From: an uncultured Bacillota bacterium
Lineage (GTDB): Bacteria; Bacillota_I; Bacilli_A; RF39; UBA660
DNA length: 47,964 nucleotides
Direction: 5' to 3'
Assembly (NCBI GenBank): GCA_947364595.1
Contig: CANATJ010000003.1
Span: 1 to 47,964 of the forward strand
Made by a program: the position numbers and the translations under genes
In this document: positions 40,403-47,964 of the stretch, in pieces
Layout: each line of letters begins with the position of its first letter
Numbering within the stretch: position 1 is the first letter of the stretch
The notes under the pieces: model-generated
Told to the model about the DNA's origin: nothing
The model's database searches: none
What the model saw: only the letters and a program-made list of their open reading frames with translations

Positions 40403-40430
40403 TTACAAAACCTTACATTATTGTAAGGTT
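40403..40430. promoter_or_regulatory. BceR-type response regulator binding site
   Basis: AACCTTACA-ttat-TGTAAGGTT (40409-40430) fits TNACA-N4-TGTAA; extra TTACA half-site at 40403; upstream of the ABC genes. Confidence 0.8.
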
Positions 40431-41434
40431 GTTATTTCGTCTGTATATGACCCAATTGGAAAAGTAAGTTTAACTATGGTTCCTTTATTACTTTCTATTT
40501 CTACACCATGTTTTAATTTATCACACAGTTTTTTAACTAAATATAGTCCTATGCCTGTAGAATTATATTTTGTTCTTCCGTTTTTTCCAGTAAAGCCTTT
40601 ATCAAACACTCTTGGTAAATCACTAGGGTTTATTCCAATTCCATTATCCTCGATAAATAAGCATACTTTTTCTTTATCTTTTGTTGTATATATTTTAATT
40701 TTAGCATTCTTATCAGTATACTTAATACTATTATTTATAATTTGATCAATAATAAACTCAAGCCATTTTATATCAGTATTTACATAAATTTCTAAATTAT
40801 TTAGTTCAAGACTAATTTTTTTTAAAAGAAAATCTTGTTTATGTTTTAAAATGACCTTATTGACTGCTGAAGACAAATTATATTTTTTAACTATATAATC
40901 TTTACTAACAGCTTCACTTCTTGAATAAAATAAAACTTGTTCAACATAATCTTCTATTTTATCAAGTGAAACTTTTAAATCATCGCTTAACTTACCTGGA
41001 TTATTATAAATGGTTAAAAATGCTGAAGATAAAGGGGTTTTAATTTCATGAACCCACATTTCTATAAATTCTTTTAAAGCCTGACTTTTTGTTTTATATT
41101 TATTAATTTCTTCTATTTTATACTTATCTGTTTCATATAAAATTTCTTTTAATATTTTACTATCAATAAAAGTAGCTGATGGCAACATTTCTTGAACTAA
41201 ATTTTTATTATCAAGTTTATCTAATAAATTTAAAGTATGGTTATAAAACTTTCTTCTTTTAAAATAATCCCATAAAAAGCAAGCAAAAAGTATCAAATAA
41301 ATTAGAAACTCAAGATATAAAATTACATATATTGTACAATTTAAGGAATATAAAATTACAAATACTAATATTCCTAAAATTCCTATCATCGCCAAAGAAA
41401 ATATTTTATCTTTTAAATAATCTAAAAATTTCAT
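40418..41434 (-). CDS. BceS-like intramembrane-sensing histidine kinase
   Basis: Two close TMs; WVHEIKTP H-box; N, DNGIG and GIGL boxes. Confidence 0.93.
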   Translation of the reverse strand: MKFLDYLKDKIFSLAMIGILGILVFVILYSLNCTIYVILYLEFLIYLILFACFLWDYFKRRKFYNHTLNLLDKLDNKNLVQEMLPSATFIDSKILKEILYETDKYKIEEINKYKTKSQALKEFIEMWVHEIKTPLSSAFLTIYNNPGKLSDDLKVSLDKIEDYVEQVLFYSRSEAVSKDYIVKKYNLSSAVNKVILKHKQDFLLKKISLELNNLEIYVNTDIKWLEFIIDQIINNSIKYTDKNAKIKIYTTKDKEKVCLFIEDNGIGINPSDLPRVFDKGFTGKNGRTKYNSTGIGLYLVKKLCDKLKHGVEIESNKGTIVKLTFPIGSYTDEITTLQ

Positions 41435-42096
41435 AATATTATATAACCTTGTCCTCTTCTAGTTTCAATGACATTATAAAGACCTGCATCTTCTAATTTT
41501 TTTCGTAATCTAGTAATATTTACGGTTAAAGTATTATCATCAACAAACACTTCACTATTCCATAAATGATTCATAAGTTCATCTCTTGATACAATTGTTT
41601 CCTTTTTACTAAGTAAATAAGTAAGTATTTTTAATTCGTTTTTAGAAAGTTCAATTTCCTTATTTTCTGTTTTAATAATACTTTTAGTAGGAATTATTTT
41701 TATATTTTTATAAGAAATATTGCTTTCTAAATCAGGCATATATCTTTTTAAAACGGCTTCTATATGCGCGAGTAAAATTTGTGGATTGTATGGCTTGGTA
41801 ATATAATCATCAGCTCCATAATTCATACATAAAAGTTCATCCATTTCATTATTTTTACTAGTTACAATGATAATAGGTGTTTTAATTTTTTTTCTTAATT
41901 CTTTACATAAATACATTCCGTTTTGATTAGGAAGATTTATATCAAGCAAAATCAAATCAACTTTAACTTTAATTATTTCATTTAAAGTATCTTCAAAACT
42001 GTCAACAGAAAAAACTTCATATCCATTGTTACTTAAAAAATTTTTTAATTCTTCTTTTATTTTTATGTCATCTTCTACTATCAATAATTTGTTCAT
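41431..42096 (-). CDS. BceR-like OmpR-family response regulator
   Basis: IVEDD, LLDINLP, GADDYITKP, DDNTLTVNITRLR. Confidence 0.93.
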   Translation of the reverse strand: MNKLLIVEDDIKIKEELKNFLSNNGYEVFSVDSFEDTLNEIIKVKVDLILLDINLPNQNGMYLCKELRKKIKTPIIIVTSKNNEMDELLCMNYGADDYITKPYNPQILLAHIEAVLKRYMPDLESNISYKNIKIIPTKSIIKTENKEIELSKNELKILTYLLSKKETIVSRDELMNHLWNSEVFVDDNTLTVNITRLRKKLEDAGLYNVIETRRGQGYIIL

Positions 42097-42164
42097 TATA
42101 TCACCTTGGTTTTATTATACAATTAGAAAAAAGAAAAATCAAATAAAAAAAATTAGTCATAAGA

Positions 42165-42719
42165 CTAATAATTTTCAGCACGTAATTCAAAATATGCACG
42201 TGGATGAGCACAAACTGGACAAACAGCTGGAGCTTCTTCTCCATAATGAACGTGTCCACAATTTCTACATACCCACATCTTAGGTGCTTCTTTTTTAAAT
42301 ACGTTTTCGTCTTTAACAGAAGCAAGTAATTTTAAATATCTTTCTTCGTGTTCTTTTTCGATTTTTCCAACTTCTTCAAAAAGGAATGCAATATGGTCAA
42401 ATCCTTCTTCTTTGGCTGTTTTAGCAAAACCATCATACATATCTGTCCATTCATAGTTTTCGCCTTCAGCAGCTAATTTTAAAGCTTCCATAGTATTAAC
42501 TTTTAAACCATCTTTAACGTCGCCACCAAATAATAGTTTAAACCACATTTTAGCGTGTTCTTTTTCGTTATTTGCTGTTTCTTCAAATATAGCAGCAATT
42601 TGCTCGTATCCTTCTTTTTTTGCACTAGATGCAAAATATGTATATTTATTTCTAGCTTGGCTTTCACCAGCAAAAGCTGTTAATAAATTTGTTTCAGTTT
42701 TTGAACCTTTAAGTTCCAT
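42165..42719 (-). CDS. rbr: Rubrerythrin
   Basis: [33 protein letters not shown] and CPVC. Confidence 0.95.
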   Translation of the reverse strand: MELKGSKTETNLLTAFAGESQARNKYTYFASSAKKEGYEQIAAIFEETANNEKEHAKMWFKLLFGGDVKDGLKVNTMEALKLAAEGENYEWTDMYDGFAKTAKEEGFDHIAFLFEEVGKIEKEHEERYLKLLASVKDENVFKKEAPKMWVCRNCGHVHYGEEAPAVCPVCAHPRAYFELRAENY

Positions 42720-42756
42720 ATAATTACCTTCTTTCTATAAATATCTTTCAATGTTA

Positions 42757-42785
42757 ATTTTAACGCAACTACAAAATAAAGTCAA
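42757..42785 (-). promoter_or_regulatory. Sigma-A promoter of rubrerythrin
   Basis: Minus strand TTGACT, 17 bp, TAAAAT. Confidence 0.6.
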
Positions 42786-42830
42786 TTATTTTTATATTAT
42801 TGGTTAAAATTTTAGTTAATAAATTATATT

Positions 42831-43646
42831 CTAAAGTTTAAGTGGATTATTAGGATCTATTATTCCATCTTGTTTTGCTTTTTCAATTATTTTTTCTACT
42901 CTACTAATACTCTTTTTTTGAAATTCTTCTGTATATACGTTTGCATTTGGATAATAATCTCCTTTTAAACTTGAATAATATTGCATTATTGAATTTTTAC
43001 TTTCATTTCTGTCTTTTTCGGTATATTTTATATCAAATGTCATATATTCATCTTTGTTTTGGTAATCATCTAATCTACTATCCAATATTTCCATGGCTTT
43101 GATTTTTGATTTATATTCAATTGTTTTTGACTGCTCTGTTAAATTGCCATCAAATCCTGTTTCAACTTTATAATATATTTGTTTTAATAGTTTTTCTTGT
43201 GTCTGCATTAATTCTAGTAAATACCATGAATAGTAATAACTTTTAAATTTTACGGTTGTTACTATTACGTTATCTACTGAGGTAATTGTTTTTTCTATTT
43301 TATATTCAAAATTTTCTTTTATTTTGTTTTCGACATTTGTAGCATATTTATCTTGAGCTTTTATATATTTTTTTATTTTTTCTTCATTAATTGGTGGCTT
43401 TTCTCTTAAAAATGTTTCTTTTCCTAACATGATGTCTTCTTTAAATATTTTTGCGCCTGTTATTTTTGTAAACTCTTCTTTGGTAATTTTGTCAGAAGTT
43501 ACTGCTTTAGTAAATTCCTCTACTTTTTCACTCATTTCCTCTTCTTTTGTTTTTTTTAACTGCTTTTTGTCACTTTTTAAGTTTATGAATATTATTGCTC
43601 CTATTAATGTTAATATTATTAGAAGTATTATTATCTTTTTTTTCAT
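42831..43646 (-). CDS. Hypothetical membrane-anchored protein (271 aa)
   Basis: N-terminal TM/signal anchor; SD GGAGG; 16 bp downstream of the 879-aa gene. Confidence 0.8.
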   Translation of the reverse strand: MKKKIIILLIILTLIGAIIFINLKSDKKQLKKTKEEEMSEKVEEFTKAVTSDKITKEEFTKITGAKIFKEDIMLGKETFLREKPPINEEKIKKYIKAQDKYATNVENKIKENFEYKIEKTITSVDNVIVTTVKFKSYYYSWYLLELMQTQEKLLKQIYYKVETGFDGNLTEQSKTIEYKSKIKAMEILDSRLDDYQNKDEYMTFDIKYTEKDRNESKNSIMQYYSSLKGDYYPNANVYTEEFQKKSISRVEKIIEKAKQDGIIDPNNPLKL

Positions 43647-43662
43647 AATTTTCCTCCGTTTG

Positions 43663-46302
43663 TTATCCAGTTAATGAACTTGTTAATGAGGCTGAAGAAG
43701 TAGCGAAATATCTTGTTCCAGAACCACCAGTATAATACGCATCACAATTGGTAGTTCGTGTTCCATATGATTGGCAGTATGTGGCGAAATTTTGCCAACC
43801 ACTTTGTGCGTAATATCCAACTCCATACATGCCAAACGTCTTGCCCCAGTTGGTTGATACTGTTGTTCCACCAAAGTCACCATTATTAACATATGCCTCA
43901 CAATACCATTGATGGCAAACTTGACTTGCGGTTTTGCTTGTTTCTCTAATAGTTGTCCCTGTTTGGAATTTATATCCTGGTCCAACAAGACTTCCCCAAA
44001 CTTCAGTGCCTGTTTTTAATGCACTAAATATTCTAACATATCCTGCACTGATCCAGTTTGAATAATTACCAAGATTATCACCTGCTCTAACAAATATTTG
44101 ATTATTACGAGGCGCTGACCAATTACCTAAATAACTGGTCGTTGATTTACTAGTCCAATCATTATATGTAGTAGATTTATCATATGAATATTGAATTTTA
44201 TTGGCATCTACCCCTGAATGAGCATCTTTTACTGTTCCAGTTATTTGTACAGTATTAAAAGTCCAATTACTTGAGCTATTATTGCTTGCAGTTATTGTTG
44301 GAGGGGTATTATCAAATTTAAAGGCCGCACTTGTTTTTACTAAGGATGTATTGCCTATCACATCGGCTACAGTTCCTACTTTTATCCATAAATAATATGT
44401 TCCTGTTAATGATGAATTAGAAGTAGCTGGCACTGTTACTGATGCTGTTTTAGCGCCTGCTGAATTTGTGGTTGTTACATATGATGAGTATGATGGAGCT
44501 GTTGTGTTTGAGGTGCTCCATGCATAATATATTTTTTGACTGGCTTTTAATCCGCTTCCGGCATCTGCTAAGGAGACTGTAACAGCTTTACTTTTTACAT
44601 AAGTTGTTTGGGTATTTGGATTTAAGGATACTGTGGGTTTTATATTATCAACCCATTTGGCATACAAGGTTATATTTGAAGTTGGTGTGTATTTTGCTCC
44701 TGCCGCTCCTACACTTTGTGTTAATCCTGAATCACTATACCAGCCAGCAAATGTATATCCTGTTTTTGTTGGCGTTGGTAAAGTGACTTGCGCACTTGTC
44801 CATTTGGCATATATTGTTGAATTGCTATTAATATTGTAAATTGTACTTGATGTTACTTGATTTGTAAATGCACTTTCCTTATACCATCCATTAAAAGTAT
44901 AAGTTGCTGTGGCGCTTGATGCAGTAGAACCACCATTTGAATTATATGAGACTGTATAGGCTCTTGTTGGTGTTGGTAAAGTTCCATATGCTTGATTATA
45001 GGTTACTGTTTTATTGGCTTGGGTATTTCCTCCTGTTGCATTATTATAATTATAAGTTAATGTATATTCATTATGTACCGCTTTTGAACTTAAGGTAATG
45101 TCAGTTGATACATTATATTTTTGATCGGCATTTCCGACTTTTTCTTCTTCGTTATACCAACCTAAAGCTATATAACCATCGCTAGGAACTATTTGTGGTA
45201 AAGTGACTTCACATTGAGTTGCGCTATTATATATATGGCATGTATCACTTGTTTTGCTTATGCTTTCTATATTGTTTCCTTTTTCGTAAGTTATTTCTAC
45301 TGTTTTACTAGTTATTGCATAATATGTTGTATTTTCACTTAATGATATGTTTGTTCCTACTTCTGATGCGCTTGTTGCATCTTTATCAGTATTCCAACCA
45401 TGGACTATAAATCCATTTCTTGTTATATTGGGAGGCACTATTGTACAACCTGATTCTTGCACTTCATTATTGTATACTTCTTTTATTTCACAAGTAAGGG
45501 TACTTTCGAATGGAACTCCATTTCCATTGAATTTTGCGGTTAATGTTTTGCCCTCTTTACGATATATTGCATAAAGTGTTATGTCATGATTTGGCATATC
45601 TAATGTACTAATGGATGTATGGGCCTCTTTATCAGTATTCCATCCGATAAACTCATATCCTTCTTTTTTTGGTGAATAACTTAAATTTATTTGACTTCCT
45701 TCTTTTAAATATTCATCATAAACTGCTGTATCTGTTCCGCCATTTGTTTTATAATCATATGTAAGTAAATAAGTATCTGTTGATGGAGTTATTGTTCCGC
45801 CTTCAGCTTGTACATAATCAAATGATATTTCTACTTCGCCACTACCTTCGGCTTTGCCAGTAAATTCTGGATTATATTCTATTTTTACTTTTAATTTTTT
45901 CTCGGTATTTTTAAATAATTTTTCGCCTTTTATATATCCAGAAAATGATATTTTAATAGCTTCATTATTGCTTTTTACATTACTTATTATATCTTCCAGT
46001 TTAGCATCTAACGTTCCTTTATTTTCTATTGTTACTTCATATTCTACTGAATCGCCTTTTTTGTATAAATCAGCTTCCATATTGGCTGTTAGGTTATCCC
46101 ATGTTGGAGGATTGGTACTTTCACCGCTTCCTAGTTTATTTGTTTCTGTTACATTTGTTATTCTTATATCCCAATTACTTGTTACTTTCCCTTTTCCTTT
46201 TATACTGAATTGCGTTTCGAAAGCAGCATATCCAACTGTCATTAATAATAATAAAGTGCATAAAACAATTATTATTTTTTCCCTCTGCCTTTTTTGTCTC
46301 AT
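43663..46302 (-). CDS. Exported surface protein: SipW-like leader, TasA/camelysin-like N-domain, InlB B (Flg_new) repeats, Ig-like segments, unique C-terminus
   Basis: Leader ...MTVGYAAF; GDSVEYEVTIENKGTLD; repeats P.K.GY.F.GW...TLYA.W; D...P boundaries. Confidence 0.8.
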   Translation of the reverse strand: MRQKRQREKIIIVLCTLLLLMTVGYAAFETQFSIKGKGKVTSNWDIRITNVTETNKLGSGESTNPPTWDNLTANMEADLYKKGDSVEYEVTIENKGTLDAKLEDIISNVKSNNEAIKISFSGYIKGEKLFKNTEKKLKVKIEYNPEFTGKAEGSGEVEISFDYVQAEGGTITPSTDTYLLTYDYKTNGGTDTAVYDEYLKEGSQINLSYSPKKEGYEFIGWNTDKEAHTSISTLDMPNHDITLYAIYRKEGKTLTAKFNGNGVPFESTLTCEIKEVYNNEVQESGCTIVPPNITRNGFIVHGWNTDKDATSASEVGTNISLSENTTYYAITSKTVEITYEKGNNIESISKTSDTCHIYNSATQCEVTLPQIVPSDGYIALGWYNEEEKVGNADQKYNVSTDITLSSKAVHNEYTLTYNYNNATGGNTQANKTVTYNQAYGTLPTPTRAYTVSYNSNGGSTASSATATYTFNGWYKESAFTNQVTSSTIYNINSNSTIYAKWTSAQVTLPTPTKTGYTFAGWYSDSGLTQSVGAAGAKYTPTSNITLYAKWVDNIKPTVSLNPNTQTTYVKSKAVTVSLADAGSGLKASQKIYYAWSTSNTTAPSYSSYVTTTNSAGAKTASVTVPATSNSSLTGTYYLWIKVGTVADVIGNTSLVKTSAAFKFDNTPPTITASNNSSSNWTFNTVQITGTVKDAHSGVDANKIQYSYDKSTTYNDWTSKSTTSYLGNWSAPRNNQIFVRAGDNLGNYSNWISAGYVRIFSALKTGTEVWGSLVGPGYKFQTGTTIRETSKTASQVCHQWYCEAYVNNGDFGGTTVSTNWGKTFGMYGVGYYAQSGWQNFATYCQSYGTRTTNCDAYYTGGSGTRYFATSSASLTSSLTG

Positions 46303-46346
46303 ACAATTACCTTCTTAGTTTTTATTTATTATATTTTACTATTTTC

Positions 46347-46374
46347 ATTATACCTCGCATGCTTAAATTGTCAA
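46347..46374 (-). promoter_or_regulatory. Sigma-A promoter of the surface-protein unit
   Basis: Minus strand TTGACA, 16 bp, TATAAT. Confidence 0.7.
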
Positions 46375-46503
46375 GAAAATTTTTATTAGCTAGGTGCTTA
46401 TTTTCCCTTGAAAATACTTATCTTTTTATGATATAAGGAATTACTATAGCAATAAAATTATGGCTAATACTTTTTAACTGCTTATAACTAAAAATTTGAA
46501 GTA

Positions 46504-47232
46504 TTAAACTTCAAATTTTTTTATAAATAAATTATATAGTGTTTCACATTTATTTTTGTCCATACTTGGCTTATCTTTATATGGATTTTCGATGTTTAAA
46601 TTTTCGTATTTTTCACTACCTAGTTTATGATAAGGTAAAAATTCTATTTTTTCTATCATATCAACATCGATATGTTTTTTTATATAATCAGCTAAGGCAT
46701 CAATATATTTTTCGTTATCGTGTAAACTAGGAACAATTACTTGTCTTACCCAAAATTTTTTCTTCATTTTTTTAGCAATTTCTAAAAATTTCCAGGTTTC
46801 TTCAATTGAACCGCCTGTTAAATCTTTAAATCTTTTTTCTGTAATATCTTTTACATCAAAGATAATTAAATCAATGTTTTCTAATATTTTCTCATATTCT
46901 CCTATACCATAACCAGCTGTATCTAAAGCAATATGAATATTTTCTTTTTTTAGACTTTTGCATAGATTAATCAAAAAGTCTTTATGTAGTAAAGGTTCGC
47001 CCCCAGAAAGGGTAACTCCGCCATTTTTGCCATAATAAGGTTTAAAACGTTTAATTTTTTTTATTAAATCACTTTCACAATAATTTTTATCTTTTATATT
47101 AAACATTTCAGGATTATGACAATATTTACATCTGAGTTTGCATCCATTAAAGAAAATTACTGTTCTAATGCCAGGCCCATCAACTGCGCCCAAGGATTCA
47201 ATTGTATTTATACTAGCTTTAGAATTGTTCAT
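46504..47232 (-). CDS. pflA: Pyruvate formate-lyase activating enzyme (radical SAM)
   Basis: [19 protein letters not shown] (CxxxCxxC), SGGEP, LPYH; overlaps pflB. Confidence 0.93.
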   Translation of the reverse strand: MNNSKASINTIESLGAVDGPGIRTVIFFNGCKLRCKYCHNPEMFNIKDKNYCESDLIKKIKRFKPYYGKNGGVTLSGGEPLLHKDFLINLCKSLKKENIHIALDTAGYGIGEYEKILENIDLIIFDVKDITEKRFKDLTGGSIEETWKFLEIAKKMKKKFWVRQVIVPSLHDNEKYIDALADYIKKHIDVDMIEKIEFLPYHKLGSEKYENLNIENPYKDKPSMDKNKCETLYNLFIKKFEV

Positions 47233-47962
47233 GAAATGTCCTTGAAATAACTTCTAATTGTTGTTTTTTAGTTAAGCGATTAAAACGCACTGCATAACCA
47301 CTAACACGGATTGTTAGTAACGGATATTTATTGGGGTTTTCCATTGCTTCAATTAGCATTTCACGATTTAAGACATTAACATTTAAGTGATGAGCTTTTT
47401 GATGAAAATATCCATCAATAAGTGAAACTAGATTTTGGGCTTGCTCAGCTAAAGTTTTACCTAAAGCGTTTGGAATAATTGAAAAAGTATTAGAAATTCC
47501 ATCTTTACAGCAATTTTCATATTTAAGTTTAGCTACACTGTTTAAGGAAGCAATAGCTCCATGTTCGTCTCTTCCGTGCATTGGATTAGCTCCAGGGGCG
47601 AAAGGCTCAAAGGCTTTTCTTCCATCAGGTGTCGCTCCTGTTTTTTCTCCATAAACAACATTTGAGGTAATGGTTAAAACTGACATTGTTGGTTCAGCTT
47701 TACGATAACATTCATATTTTTTTAATTCATTAAAGAAGTATTCTGTTAAATTAACAGCAATACTATCAACTCTATCGTCATCATTACCATATTTAGGAAA
47801 GTCACCTTCTATATTAAAATCGTAAGCAATACCATCACTATTTCTAATGGGCTTTACTTTAGCGTATTTAATTGCAGATAAAGAATCGGCAGCTACAGAT
47901 AATCCGGCTACTCCATAAGCCATATATCTATGAACTGATGTATCGTGCAAGGCCATTTGACT
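47219..47962 (-). CDS. pflB: Pyruvate formate-lyase, C-terminal part; 5' end is outside the window
   Basis: [26 protein letters not shown], glycyl-radical motif IRVSGYAV. Confidence 0.95.
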   Translation of the reverse strand, partial: SQMALHDTSVHRYMAYGVAGLSVAADSLSAIKYAKVKPIRNSDGIAYDFNIEGDFPKYGNDDDRVDSIAVNLTEYFFNELKKYECYRKAEPTMSVLTITSNVVYGEKTGATPDGRKAFEPFAPGANPMHGRDEHGAIASLNSVAKLKYENCCKDGISNTFSIIPNALGKTLAEQAQNLVSLIDGYFHQKAHHLNVNVLNREMLIEAMENPNKYPLLTIRVSGYAVRFNRLTKKQQLEVISRTFHEQF

Positions 47963-47964
47963 AG

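Noticed and set aside
43663-44000. C-terminus of the surface protein as a diversity-generating retroelement target
   Set aside because: No reverse transcriptase or template repeat seen in the window
46408-46437. Plus-strand promoter-like TTGAAA-18-TATAAG pointing antisense into pflA
   Set aside because: Imperfect match in AT-rich DNA with no downstream gene; cannot be supported without transcript data
207-46730. Short overlapping ORFs in the track (e.g. 207-455, 2055-2267, 14653-14877, 42101-42325, 43683-43988, 45854-46318)
   Set aside because: Antisense or alternate-frame shadows of well-supported genes, with no recognisable motifs

Overview
Very AT-rich bacterial chromosomal window using the standard genetic code. 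It looks like a reduced-genome Bacillota/Bacilli organism, possibly an RF39-like gut lineage (inference from gene content and style). It most likely spans the replication terminus: genes run mainly on + up to about 8.7 kb and mainly on - after about 9.5 kb, converging on a dif-like site (9507-9534) followed 3 bp later by a second copy with an intact XerD arm; xerD lies about 3.7 kb away. Left part: ABC exporter (partial), CDP-alcohol phosphatidyltransferase, uppP, holA, rarA, xerD, AlkD-like protein and two metal permeases. Next come an HTH protein of unknown function, mnmA, spoIIM, an unannotated 28-aa membrane peptide, an SGNH hydrolase and spoIVB. A roughly 23 kb cell-surface glycan cluster (14.5-37.6 kb) encodes GT2/GT4/GT14 enzymes, LicD, TarI/IspD plus an SDR, a Wzx flippase, an O-antigen ligase/polymerase-like protein, three GT-C-like membrane proteins, a polyprenyl-phosphate phosphoribosyltransferase, a 4x ricin-GH25 muramidase, PssD/PssE and two acyltransferases. 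Right part: BceRS/BceAB-type module with its operator, rubrerythrin, a two-gene surface-protein unit, pflA and partial pflB. No rRNA, tRNA, CRISPR array or transposase was recognised. All family calls come from motif recognition, not database searches.
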